A stretch of DNA of 64,000 nt from the NCBI GenBank assembly GCA_030390025.1, contig CM059431.1:134914001-134978000 (forward strand). The letters are read 5' to 3'. Made by a program: the position numbers and the translations under genes. Below the pieces are notes generated by a model that saw nothing but the letters and a program-made list of their open reading frames with translations, was not told the DNA's origin and did not search any database. This DNA is from Squalus acanthias. Taxonomy: Eukaryota. Positions 38,857-51,847 of this stretch are shown here, piece by piece (position 1 is the stretch's first letter; every line of letters begins with the position of its first letter).

Positions 38857-40237
38857 AACATAAGAAATAGGAACAGGAGTAGGCCAATCGGCCCCTCGAG
38901 CCTGCTCCGCCATTCAATAAGATCGTGGCTGATCCAATCTTGTCCTCAACACCACTTTCCCGCTCTCTCCCCATACCCCTTGACTCCCTTGTAGTTCAAA
39001 TGTCTGTCAATCTCCGCCTTGAATATATTCAATGACTCCGCCTCCACAGCTCTCTGGGGAAGAGAATTCCAAAGATTCACGACCCTGAGAGAAGAAACTC
39101 CTCCTCATCTCCGTCTTAAATGGGCGACCCCTTATTCTGAAACTATGCCCCCTAGTTCCAGATTCCCCCGCTAGGGGAAACATCCTCTCAGCATCCACCC
39201 TGTCAATCCCCCTCAGAATCTTATATGTTTCAATAAGATCACCTCTCATTCTTCTAAACTCCAATGAGTATAGGCCCAACCTGCTCAACCTTTCGTCATG
39301 CGTCAACCCCTTCATCCCAGGAATCAACCTAGTGAACCTTCTCTGAACTGCCTCCAATGCAAGTATATTCTTCCTTAAATAAGGAGACCAAAACTGTACG
39401 CAGTACTCCAGGTGCGGTCTCACCAGCGCCCCGTAAAGTTGCATCAAAACTTCCCTACTTTTATACTCCATCCCCCTTTGCAATAAAGGCCAACATTCCA
39501 TTAGCCTTCCTAATTACTTGCTGTACCTGCATGCTAACTTTTTGTGTTTCATGTACTAGGACCCCCAGATCCCTTTGTACTGCAGCATTTTGTAGTCTCA
39601 CTCCATTTAAATAATAATTTGCGTTTTCATTCTTCCTTCCAAAGTGGATAACCTCACATTTTCCCACATTATACTCCATCTGCCCAACTTTTGACCACTC
39701 ACTTAACCTATCTATATCCCTTTGCAGACTCTTTGTGTCCTCCTCACAACTTGCTAACCCACCTATCTTTGTATCATCAGCAAATTTGGCTGCAGTACAC
39801 ACGGTCCCTTCATCCAAGTCATTAACATAGATTGTAAATAATTGAGGCCCCAGCACTGATCCCTGTGGCACACCACTAGTTACTGATTGCCAACCGGAAA
39901 ATGACCCATTTATCCCGACTCTCTGTTTTCTGTTAGTTAGCCAATCCCCTATCCATGCCAATATATTACCTCCAACCCTGTGCGCTCTTATCTTGTGCAG
40001 TAACCTTTTATGTAACACCTTATCGAATGCTTTCTGGATATCCAAATACACTACATCTACTGGCTCCCCTTTATCCACCCTGTTTGTTACATCCTCAAAG
40101 AACTCTAGCAAATTTGTCAAACACGATTTCCCTTTCATAAAACCATGTTGACTCTGCTTGATTGTCTTATGATTTTTTAAATGTCCTGCTATTACCTCCA
40201 TAATAATGGATTCCAGCATTTTCCCAATGACATATGT
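38857..40237 (-). mobile_element. CR1 LINE, RT to 3' end, same family as 23769
   Basis: 252-aa and 164-aa RT/C-terminal ORFs on the minus strand plus tail. Confidence 0.93.
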
Positions 40238-40239
40238 TA

Positions 40240-41170
40240 GGCACCATCAAATGATTCGGACATGAATGTAGGAAGTATGATTAAGTTTTCAGATGATACA
40301 AAAATTGGCCGTGTGGTTGATAATGAAGAAAGCTGCAGACTGGTCAGGTGGGCAGAACAGTGGAAAATGGAATTCAATCTGGAGAAGTGTGAGGTAATGC
40401 ATTTGGGGAGGGCTAACAAGGCAAGGGAATACACTATAATTGGTAGGACACTGAGAAGATCAGAGGGACCTTGGAGTGCATGTCCACAGATCCCTGAAGG
40501 TAGCAGGACAGGTAGATAAGGTGGTTAAGAAGGCATACGGGATACTTGCTTTTATTAGCCGAGGCATTTAATAGAAGAGCAGGGAGGTTGAACTGTATAA
40601 AACACTAGTTAGGCCGCAGCTGGAATAATGCGTGCAGTTCTGGTCAACACATTACAGGAAGGATGTGATTGCACTAGAGAGGGTACATAAGAGATTTACG
40701 AGGATGTTGCCTGGGCTGGGAAATTTTAGCTATGAGGAAAGATTGGATAGGCTGGGGTTGTTTTCTTTGGAACAGAGGAGGCGGAGGGGAGATCTAATTG
40801 AGGTGTATAAAATTATGAGGGGCCTAGATAGAGTGGATAGGAAGGACCTATTACCCTTAGAAGAGGGGTCAATAACCAGGGGACATAGATTTAAAGTAAT
40901 TGGGCGGAGGTTTAGAGGGGATTGGAGGAGAAATCTTTTTACCCAGAGGGTGGTGGGGGTATGGAACTCACTGCCTGAAAGGGTGGGAGAGGCAGAGACC
41001 CTCATCACATTTAAAAAGTACTTGGATATACACTTGAAGTGCCATAACCTACAGCGCTACGGATCAAGTGCAGGAGAGTGGGATTAGGGTGGATAGCTCT
41101 TTGTCGGCCGGCATGGGCAAGATGGGCCGAATGGCCTCCTTCTGTGCTGTAAATTTCTATGATTCTATGA
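40240..41170 (+). mobile_element. CR1 ORF2 C-terminus and 3' end
   Basis: KFSDDTK ... RVVGVWNSLP, (TTCTATGA)n tail. Confidence 0.9.
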
Positions 41171-41612
41171 TGATGATTCCTCTTCCCATCACTTCTACGT
41201 AGTGCAACCCATGTAGCTTCAGCAGAGGTAGAGGCAGGCTCCTCAGATCCCTGCTCCGACTGCTGAGATGCTCTTGGCTGACATCATCTGGGTTTTGGAG
41301 CGTGCGAGGGCCCCGGCAAAGACTGCTCCACCTGTACCTGCACCAGGGCAGATTCTGCCTTCGTGACATGAGGCAGCATGTGGGGTACTGCCTGAGGATG
41401 GGGGAGGGGGGGGGGGGGCGCGGGAACAACAGGGGAGAAGTGGAAGGGTTTTGAGGCGAATCCCACTTCCATGTTCCCTTTTAGCATCATCCATCTCATG
41501 GCCAATACTCACTTCCCTGGTAGCATGTGCTGGAGAGAACTTTGCTGCAGATCAGTGGGGCAATGACCGGCCAAGGCTAGGATTTCATCAATCCTATTTA
41601 AGGTGGCATTCA

Positions 41613-42042
41613 TTTTTTTTTAATTAATTCATGGGATGTGGGCGTCGCTGGCAAGGCCAGCATTTATTGCCCATCTCTAATTGCCCTTGAGAAGGTGGTG
41701 GTGAGCCGCCTTCTTGAACGGCTGCAGTCCGCGTGGTGAAGATATTCCCATACTGCTATTAGGGAGTGAGTTCCAGGATTTTGACCCAGCGGCTATGAAG
41801 GAATGGCGATATATTTCCAAGTCAGGATGGTGTATGACTTGCAGGTGGTGGTGGTGTTCCCATACGCCTGCTACCCTTGTCCTTCTAGGCGGTAGAGGTC
41901 GCGGGTTTGGGAGGTGCTGTCGAAGAAGCCTTGGCGAGTTGCTGTAGTGCATCTTGCAGATGGTACACACTGTAGCCATGGTGTGCTGGTGGTGGAGGGA
42001 GTGAATGTTTAATATGGTGGATGGGGTGCCAATCAAGCAGGC
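41613..42042 (-). mobile_element. 3' fragment of the divergent jockey-group LINE
   Basis: Collinear with 6360-6770. Confidence 0.85.
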
Positions 42043-44850
42043 ATATGAATTGAAGGTGTTGATGAACACATGGGAGTATGATATTGTTGCTATCACAGAG
42101 ACATGGTTGAGGGAGGGGCAGGACTGGCAGCTCAATATTCCAGGGTATAGAATCTTCAGGCGAGACAGAGGTGGGTGTAAAAGAGGAGTGGGTGTCGCAA
42201 TATTAATCAAGGAATCAATTACCGCTGTAAGGAGGGATGATATCTTAGCAGGTTCCTCTAATGAGGCCATATGGGTAGAACTTAAAAACAAAAAGGAGGC
42301 AAGCACTTTGCTGGGAGTGTACTATAGGCCCCCAAACAGTCAGGGGGAGATAGAGGAACAGATATGTAGGCAAATCTCAGAGAAGTGTAGAAATAATAGG
42401 GTAATAATAGTAGGGGATTTCAACTTCCCCAATATTAACTGGGATAGTCAAAGTGTGAAAGGCTTAGAGGGTGCGGAATTCTTAAAGTGCATCCAGGAGA
42501 GCTTTTCTGAGCCAGCATGTAGAAAGTCCTACAATAGAGGGGCCGGTACTGGACCTAATTCTAGGGAATGTAGCTGGGCAAGTGGTAGAAGTCTCAGTAG
42601 GAGAGCATTTTGGTGACAGTGACCGTAATTCGGTGAGATTTAAGGTAGTCATGGAAAAGGACAAAGATGGACTGGAAATAAAGGTTCTAAATTGGTGGAA
42701 GGCTGATTTTAATGATAAGGCAGGATCTGGCCAAAGTGGACTGGGATCAGCTACTTGTAGGAAAATCCACATCAGAGCAGTGGGAGTCTTTCAGAAAGGA
42801 AATAGAGAATACAACGCCCACATGTTCCCGTAAAGGTCAAGGGTGGGACCAACAAGCCCAGGGAACCCTGGATGTCAAGGGATATACAAGAATGGATTAG
42901 GAAAAAAAGGGAGGCTTTTGGCAGATACAAAGGACTAAAAACAGTGAAAGCCCTAGAGGTGTATAGAAAGTGCGGGGGGTACTTAAAAAAAGAAATTAGG
43001 AGAGTGAAGAGGGGGCATGAAAAAACACTGGCGGGCAAAATAAAGGAAAATCCCAAGGTGTTTTATAAGTATATTAAGGGCCAGAGGATAACCAGGGAAA
43101 GAGTAGGGCCCAAAGTGGCAATCTGTGTGTAGAGCCGGAAGATGTAGGTGAGGTTTTAAATGAATATTTTGCATCTGTGTTCACTATGGAGAAGGACGAT
43201 GTAGGCATAGAAATCAGGCAGGGGGATTGTGATATACTTGAACAAATTAGTATTGAGGGGGAGGAGGTACTAGCAGTTTTAGCGGGCTTAAAAGTGGATA
43301 AATCCCCAGACCCAGACGAGATGTATCCCAGGCTGCTGTGAGGCAAGGGAGGAGATTGCAGGGGCTCTGACACAAATTTTCAGAACCTCATTGGCCACAG
43401 GGGTGGTGCCAGACAACTGGAGAACAGCTAACATAGTACCATTATTCAAGAAGGGTAGTAGGGATAAACCAGGGAATTACAGGCCAGTGAGCCTAACATC
43501 AGTGGTAGGGAAATTATTGGAAAAAATTCTGAGGGATAGTATTAGTCTCCACTTGAAGAGGCAGGGATTAATCAGGGATGGTCAGCATCGCTTTGTCAGG
43601 GGGATATCATATCTGACCAATTTGATTGAATTTTTCAAGGGGGTGACTAGGTGTGTGGATGAGGGTAGTGCAGTTGATGTAGTCTACATGGACTTCAGTA
43701 AGGCTTTTGACAAAGTCCCACATGGGAGACTGGTCAAGAAGGTAAGAGCCCATGGGATCCAGGGCAATTTGGATCCAAAATTGGCTTAGTGGCAGGAGGC
43801 AGAGGGTGATGGTCGAAGGTTGTTTTTGTGACTGGAAGCCTGTGTCCAGTGGTGTACCGCAGGGATCAGTGCTGAGTCCTTTGCTGTTTGTAGTATACAT
43901 TAATGATTTAGATATAAATGTAGGAGGTATGATCAGTAAGTTTGCAGATGACACGAAAATTGGTGGAGTGGTAAATAGCGAGGAGGGCAGCCTCAGGCTA
44001 CAGTATGATATAGATGGATGGTCAGATGGGCAGAACAGTGGCAAATGGAATTTAACACTGAAAAGTGTGAGGTGATGCATTTTGGGAGGACTAACAAGGC
44101 AAGGGAATACACAATGAAAGGTAGGACCCTAGGAAGGACAGAGGATCAGAGGGACCTTGGTGTGCATGTACATAGATCCCTGAAGGCAGCAGGACAGGTA
44201 GATAAGGTGGTTAAAAAGGCATATGGGATACTTGCCTTCATTAGCCAAGGCATAAAATATAAGAGCAGGGAGGTTATGATGGAGCTGTACAAAACGCTAG
44301 TTAGGCCACAGCTGGAATACTGTGTGCAGTTCTGGTCACCACACTATAGGAGGGATGTGATTGCATTGGAGAGGGTGCAGAGGAGATTCACCAGGATGTT
44401 ACCTGGGCTGGAGCGCTTCAGCTATGAAGAGAGATTGGACAGGCTGGGGTTGTTTTCCTTAGAGCAGAGAAGGCTGAGGGGGGACCTGATTGAGGTGTAC
44501 AAAATTATGAGGGGCATAGATAGGGTAGATAGAAAGGAACTTTTGCCCTTAGTAGAGGGGTCAATAACCAGGGGGCATAGTTTCAAGGTAAGGGGCAGGA
44601 GGTTTAGAGGGGATTTGAGGGAAAACTTTTTCACCCTGAGGGTGGTTGGAATCTGGAACTCACTGCCTGAAAGGGTGGTAGAGGCAGGAACCCTCAACAT
44701 TCAAGAAGCATTTAGATGAGCACTTGAAACACCATAGCATACAAGGTTACGGACCAAGTGCTGGAAAATGGGATTAGAATAGACAGGGCTTGATGGCCGG
44801 CGTGGACATGATGGGCCGAAGGGCCTCTTTCTGTGCTGTATAACTCTATG
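42043..44850 (+). mobile_element. CR1 LINE ORF2 (EN-RT), frameshifted, with 3' end
   Basis: Successive EN and RT ORFs from 42005 to 44719. Confidence 0.93.
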
Positions 44851-45719
44851 ACCCACAATGAGTACTTTATTCCAATCATCCATTAAAGTGAGAGAAACAC
44901 AAATGATTAGATGATCTATGGAATAGGAATGTATCCTATGAGGTAGATTATCATATTGTGGCTGTACTCGGCAAGAGTTCAGTTACACTCATTTCTTCCA
45001 ACAGCAAGGGACAACCTACTCCAAAATGGATCAACTGTCAGCATTTTGGCTAGTGGGGAAAATTCACACTGCATTCATCTCATGTGGTACATGATTCTCC
45101 AATGTGACTGATCTAAAAATGTTATTTCTTTTTAATCTGTACTAAACTTTTGATTTGGGTTATCTATTGCTTGAAACAAGATATGAAAGGTTAAAAACCC
45201 AGGATTAGGATTTTTCATGGCTTACTTTTCCTGCAACATACAGAGAATTAACATTAACAGCTGGGTTGCAAAAGGGACCACTTCTGTTGCATTGTACCCA
45301 AGAAGCACTTCTTGATACCTTGCTGCTCAGCTTGAAACTTCTGGCAGAGAGTCAGGCTATGAGATGTCTCCATACTCTACTGGAAGTGGCGATTGTATTT
45401 GGGTGGACAAACATTCCAAGTTATTGAATCTGTGAATGGCTGTTGATCTAATACAGTACATCTTCCAAGGCTGCTGAATAATACGTCTGCAAACTGGACC
45501 AGTTTCCAGGTGGGCAATCTGCTGCCCACAGCAGATGGTCTCCTTTTTTAAGTCCGTTTTTTCAGTCCGCAGATAGATTCTATGTTTAAGATTGTGCCAG
45601 CAGAGAAGCCAGGCCAATTTGAAGCCACAGTACATTTCATTGTGCGAATTTAGCTTCTGTTTTATAAAGAGAAAGCAAGTCCAGTCTTTATTATATTGTG
45701 TTTTGAGACAAATAGTAAA

Positions 45720-46126
45720 AGAAAGACTTTCATGACCTCAGGACGTCCTAAAGCACTTTACAGTTAATGAAATACTTCTGAAGTGTAGTCACTGTTGTAA
45801 TGTAGGAAACGTGGCAGCCAATTTTCACAAAGTGCAATGTGATAATGACCAGATATGTTTGAGGGATAAACATTGGCCAGGAAACTGGGCCAATATTCTC
45901 TTCTTCTAAATAATGCCATGAGATTTTTTACGTCCACCTTCGAGGGCAGACGGGGCCTCGGTTTTAATGTCTCACCAAAAGACAGTACCTCCGACAGTGC
46001 AGCACTCCCTCAATATTGCACAGAAGTGTCAGCCTAAATTATGTGCTCAATCTCTGGAGTGGGACTTAACCCCACAACCTTCTGACTCAGGCAAGCGTGC
46101 TACCCACTGAGCCACAGTTGACACCA
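45720..46126 (-). mobile_element. Deu-domain SINE, older copy
   Basis: Reverse complement of 30121-30594, including the tRNA-like head. Confidence 0.82.
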
Positions 46127-46502
46127 TGTAAATAAAGTTTACTTTTTTAAATCCATTTCACTTAATTATACTGTCTGTTGGTTTAAAGCCAGAGTCTCAG
46201 TCTGATTGGAAAGTGGACTGAGTATATACTAAGAGGTTAGTCACAGGATGATACATTCCAGTAGCTGGTGTATATTGTAAAGGTGCGCTGTTGCAATCTC
46301 TGGGCATTGCTATCATTTAACTAACTATTGGGCAAAACAAGGTACACTCCAGATTGTTGGAAACATGGGAGTGGTCAGTAACACTGAACTAGAGGATATA
46401 TTTAACCTACAAAGTTACAGAATAAAATATTTTGCAACATGACATGGCAACTGTAACACTCAGCTCACCCAGTATTCTGTATACAAACACTGTATCTTGC
46501 AA

Positions 46503-46720
46503 GTCATGTTACCAGAGATGGAAGATTAAAGCATCCCCATCATGCGACTGTGGGGCTCCTGACCAGACCCTGGAACACATCATTGAGCATTGCCCTCAGA
46601 GGAAATTCGCAGGCAGCCTACAAGATGCCCACGCTGTTACACCGGAAGCTTTGGCCTGGATATCCAACTTAGATATTGACATTTGATTTGCTTTGCTACT
46701 ACCATTCAAAAGAAGAAGAT
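46503..46720 (+). mobile_element. Vingi/Ingi-like LINE 3' end
   Basis: WKIKASPSCDCGAPDQTLEHIIEHCP...AWI CCHC knuckle, stop, short 3' UTR ending CCATTCAAAAGAAGAAGA. Confidence 0.65.
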
Positions 46721-46724
46721 AGCA

Positions 46725-46840
46725 AATAGAACAAAAAAACTGCCAATGCTGGAAATCTGAAATAAAACCCAAAATTCTGGAAATACACAGGCCAGTCCGC
46801 AACATTTCGAGTTTGTACACTTCATTAGAACTGAATACCA
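46725..46840 (-). repeat. Penelope terminal repeat remnant
   Basis: Reverse complement of the 59020-59150 terminus (TGCTGGAAATCTGAAATAAAA). Confidence 0.7.
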
Positions 46841-46999
46841 AAATATTATCAAGGTAACTGCCCTTTTAAGTGTGAACTATAAATAGACTTATACACAGTT
46901 TACCTTGAGTGCTATTACAGTAGTGGTCAAACAGAAATCCGCAGTATATAATTGATTATAAGAGCAGGATCAGTTCAGTAAGAGCATTTTGGAACAATA

Positions 47000-47900
47000 G
47001 CACCAAAACAGACTATGCACCGTTATATTCAATAGGAAATCTGCAACGTATTCCAAACTGTATACGTTGTTTAATCAGAGATGACAGACCCAGACGGAGC
47101 CTTTGACACCCAAAGACAGCGAGAAACGCGCCGAACCGAGCTGAACTTCCAGCCAGACTCCTGGGATTATGCCACGTACTGTCCCCGATTTCCCGGGGCA
47201 CAACCAGACAACACGCTTTAAAACTCCAACCGGGATATATATCGATTTCATGTTCATTAACTGATGGGAATCAATTGCCAACCCAACTCGCCTTCTTTGA
47301 AAGATTAGCATTTTGTGTCCTTTTTTTGCAATAGAGTAATGTTTTACAGCCGGAGACGTAAAGTGTTACAATTCAATGTGTTATAAATGCGGAGAACGCT
47401 GCACGCACCGGGCGAATGGGCCCCGCTCTCTGCCTCTCACTGAGTTGGCGGGTTAGTAACGAAGATGAATTTACTCACCAAACCCGGCCTGATCGCTGCC
47501 ATCTTTGGGGTCCTCGCTAACTAGTGGTACTTGGTCATCTTATGTAAGCCTCTCCCAATGCATCTGCCAGTACATTATACTAATTGCTATAAAAGCAAAT
47601 GTGTGAACGCCACAGTTAAAAAATATATAGACTGTGCTGCACTTAACGTATTAATCTAATAGTGTAATAATATTCGGGCTATTTACTTGGCCACCTAAAG
47701 CCTCAGAGCATTCTGCACCAATTAACAGTTTGAAGTGTCTCTATACCACTTACAGGTAATTCTGAAACAAAACAAATACTTGGTTATCTTTTAAACTTAT
47801 GTATCACGTCAAGTGAACGAAATTGTTTCGAAACGATTGTAATATGCGGAGTGTCGTCCATGGAGCAGTTAATTAGAGGGAAATGTTTGGAGCGAGACGT
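47000..47900 (-). promoter_or_regulatory. Probable promoter/TSS region of the UGGT2-like gene
   Basis: CpG-enriched unique sequence around exon 1; YY1-like AAGATGGC overlapping the ATG; TGACGTGA on the minus strand at 47804-47811. Confidence 0.5.
47479..47502 (-). CDS. UGGT2: UGGT2-like, putative coding exon 1 (MAAIRPGL)
   Basis: Minus strand reads aagATGGCAGCGATCAGGCCGGGTTTG|gtgagt: strong Kozak context, 24 nt, canonical donor, phase 0, in frame with the next exon; lies in a CpG-richer non-repeat patch. Confidence 0.65.
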
Positions 47901-50065
47901 TTATTATAGGGACAGATTTCAATACCTATCTGTGTTAACCCTTCAGAGTGAGATATATAAAATCGGTTACATTTCTGAGTGAGTCTCAATGCAATGAGTG
48001 GCGTTTGATATCAATAAATAAAAATGCTACTATATATAATGTTAATCAAACTGGTGGAGGTGTGGCCAAGAACAACAGGGAAGACTCCTGTCACAGATAT
48101 AAGTTAATGGGTTAAGTGTTCAGCAAATATGTTTTTTGAATCTTTTCATATCATTCACCAATTTTCACTTTTTTGGATTTTTAAAGAACTGTTTGTTGGC
48201 ATTTGAAACAATTAATTCCTCTGTGACAGAACTCAGCATTCCCGATATTTGACTTTTTCTTGTTTCCTTCCCCCCTCCTTTTTTTGCACTGTTCAGCCCT
48301 ATGTTCCACTTCACTTCTGACAAAGGGTGGACACACAAAATGTTAATCTGTCTTTTCTCTTTACAGAGGCAGCCACTTTCTTTCACATGACCACCTCCCC
48401 ATCTTGCTCACAATTTGCTACTTCGCCTTCTCAGCATGCACAGCATATGAAGATGCCCCACTGTAAGAATAGGGGCTTATAAGGGTATTTAGGCATTGCA
48501 AGAGTTAAATGACCCTAAGCTTTTTGTTAGAACTGCTGTTCTGCAAAATCCACGGCTTTCGGGCTCTCAGGATGCTGTATGATCGCAAATGCCCTTGTTA
48601 TTGCAAAAATTGTTATTGCTAGAAGAGAGGGAAAAAGTGTCTAAAGCATTATTTCTTATCTCTCCTGTCTGTGGGACTACACAAACATTTGTAATTTGTT
48701 GAAATATAATCAAATATAATCCCCTTTTACTATTGTTCAGTGTTGAGCTTTGCTAGATTGTAGTTTAATAAGTTTGCTAGTATGGAGTTTTATTTCTCTT
48801 ACTGGAATTAGTAAAGAGAATGCAGTTTAAGTTAGGATTTTTTTTACAGTTAGAACTCTTGTTGTCTTCAAGGTCCTGTGTTGTGTCATCAACTGTGAAA
48901 ACAGAAAAAGCTTGTGCTGAGGCTAAAAGCAGATAAGGGTGGCCCAAGGCCTATACCAGAATACAGAACTTCCTGTGCCTATGATTGGACAGATTTTTCC
49001 ACAGTTCTGGTTTTTGGGGTATATCCTTAGTGGGGCGGTTGGGTCATTCTCAGTGGAGAAGGGCAAAGGAAGACACTAGACAGGTGTACAAGCGTATGTA
49101 AGTAGGTGGTATGAGGAATGGGCCACACCTTCTACCCAAGGATCAATGGAGTAATGTAATTCCCAATTGTTCCTTGTAAACTGTTGCTTAAATACTGCAA
49201 TATATTAATTCTCACTTATGCTTATATAAAAATCACAACTGTTACCAATATGGAGTCAGCTTCGAACTATTGGAAAGACAGCCCAAAGGGAGCCTAAATT
49301 TATTACACCACACGTTTTTCAACAGCCACTCACTAACTCTTTCCTTCTCTTTCTGCAGCTCACAACACAACAGAGAGGACCAGAACTGGGGGACTCCCAG
49401 CAAACATCCAGGCCCTTAGTGAGATAGAGCAGCAAGTGATAACCGCAATCAAGGCATGCTGAGCAGGGAGCATCAGTGACAGCGAAGTTGGAGGCCATGC
49501 TCAGCAGGGCATCTGCCTATTGTATCCTTTCTCTTTCTTTAAGCAATAACTCATTCAGGCAGCATCGCAACCTGATGCTGCAACATGCTGCCAATCATCT
49601 GCTACTGCCCAGCCTTTCTGAGCCGTGCTGACCCTTGTTCCTCTTCACTTTTTCTAGGTCCTTCTCAACACCATGAACCTGCAGAAGAGGACTTGGAGGA
49701 AGACAATCTTCCTGAAGAAGCACCACCACTTGTTCCATCTCCCCACCCCCCACGCACTAGAACAGAAATCAGCACCCTAGGTGGAATAGATAGCTAGTTA
49801 GAAGGGTCTGCACTTAATAAATCACACAGGTTGTAAGAAGGAACAGGGGCTAGTGTAAGGTGCAGCCCAGGACACAGCTCACTGGAGTGCAAGCTCCATC
49901 CTTGCCTTCACCTTGGTCTTCATCGGATCTGTGAAGGTTTTCTTGCTGTTCTGGCTCCATTCCATGCTGCAGAGCAAAGTTGTGCAGAATAGAGCACACA
50001 ACCACAATACAGGAGACTGGGCTGTACTGCAGAGAGCCCAGAGACCTGTCCAGGCAGTACAAATG

Positions 50066-50725
50066 TTCATAGAATCTTACAGCACAGAAGGAGGCCATTT
50101 TGCCCATCATGCCTGTTGAAAGAGCTATCCAGTTAGTTCCCCTCCCTGCTCTTTCCCCATAGTCCTGCAAATTTTTCCTTTTCAATTGTATATCCAATTC
50201 CCTTTGAACATTATTATTGAATCTGCTTCCAGCACCCTTTCAGGCAGATCATTCCAGATCATAACAACTCACTGCATACAATAATTCTCCTTATCTCCCC
50301 TCTTTTTTTTTTTACCAATTATCTTAGATCTGTGTCCCCTGGTTATCGATTCACCTGCCAATGGAAACAGTTTCTCCTTATTTACTCTATCAAAATGCCT
50401 AATAATTTTGAACACCTCTATTAAATCTCCCCTTAAACTTCTCTGCTCTAAGGAGAACGATCCCAGCTTCTCTAGTCTCTCCACATAACTGAAGTCGCTC
50501 ATCCCTGGTATAATTCTGGTAAATCTCCCCTGCACCCACTTCAAGGCCTCGACATCCTTCCTAAAGTGTGTTACCCAGAATTGGACAAAATACTGCAGCT
50601 GAGGCCTAACCAGTGATTTATAAAGGTTTAGCATAATGTCTTTGCTTTTGTACTCTATGCCTCTGTATATAATACCAAGGATCTCATATGCTTTAACAGC
50701 TTTATCAACTTGTCCCACCATCTTC
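50066..50725 (-). mobile_element. CR1 3' fragment inserted in the Harbinger transposase
   Basis: 152-aa CR1 C-terminal ORF and tail; the transposase resumes on both sides. Confidence 0.88.
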
Positions 50726-51666
50726 AAAGATGTTGTTTGAGGAGCCTGATTGTGTGTTCGATGATGGTTCTAGTTGTCCCATGGCTTTGATTGTATGTAA
50801 TTTCTGCTGGCAAGCTCGTGTTATGGACACCACCCTGAGCCATGTGTGCAAGGGGTAGTCCTTTTTCCCTAGCAGCTGGGTCAAATAGTAGGGACATGAT
50901 GAACTGGTGCAGAATGAAACCACTGTTACAGCTGCCAGGAAACTGGGCACAGACCTGCATGATTCTGTGGCGGTGATCACAGAACAGCTGCACATTGATT
51001 GAATGATAGGCGTTTCTTGTTGATGAAGGCTGATGGCCTATTGATAGGTGGCCTAATGGCTACTTGTGTCAGTTTATGACTCCCTGCACTCATAGAAAGC
51101 AGCTACTTTAGCAAAGCCCTTTCATGCTGACTGCTGGCGTTCATGGCAAAAATGATGTAGTCCTTGTCCCTTGCAAAGAGGGCATTAGTGACCTGCTTGA
51201 TGTAGGTATGGACTGCATACTGACTTCTGTGACTTATTGCAACCTAGAATGAGTCCAAGGCAAAAAATTGAAGGCCTGTGGTCACTTTGACTGCCACAAT
51301 CAATGCACGGCCACCTGCAAGAGTGGGTTGCAGGTCTTGTTGGAAGAGGCTGCACAGGTATGTGACAGCCTCTCTGGAAAAGTGCAGCCTCCCCATGCGC
51401 TGCTCAGAAAATTGCAGCTAAGTGACTCTAGTCCTATAGAACCATGGGCTGGGGAAGGCCTTCTGTGAGCAACACTCGCTGATGTGTGGTCTCCTGAGAG
51501 GCCCAACTGCAGCTCTTTATGGTTTCCTAGCCAGCTGCTGCTGCTACAGCTCCTGTTGTTCCTCTTCTTCCAACCACACTAAAGTATCCAGGATGACACC
51601 CATCTTGAGTCCTGTGCTTCTTTGAGGGTGTAGAAGCAGAATTAATGTGAAATACAGCAATATCCA

Positions 51667-51847
51667 GAAAAGGTGGTGGAAGCAGATTCAATAGTAACTT
51701 TCAAAAGGGAATTGGATATATACTTGAAAAGGAAAAACTTGCATGGCTGTGAGGAAAAAGCAGGGGAGTGGGACTAATTGGATAGGTCTTTAAAAGAGCC
51801 GGCACAGGCAAGATGGGCTGAATGGCCTCCTGTGTTGTAAGATTCTA
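51667..51847 (+). mobile_element. CR1 3' end
   Basis: GTGGTGGAAGCAGATTCAATAG ... GAATGGCCTCCT. Confidence 0.8.

Larger units (their letters stand above)
34389..41610. mobile_element. Broken autonomous-type PIF/Harbinger element 1
   Basis: Plus-strand transposase at 34826-35960; minus-strand 3' part of the partner gene at 41172-41600, homologous to 53900-54200; about 5 kb of nested retroelements lies between them. Confidence 0.75.
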
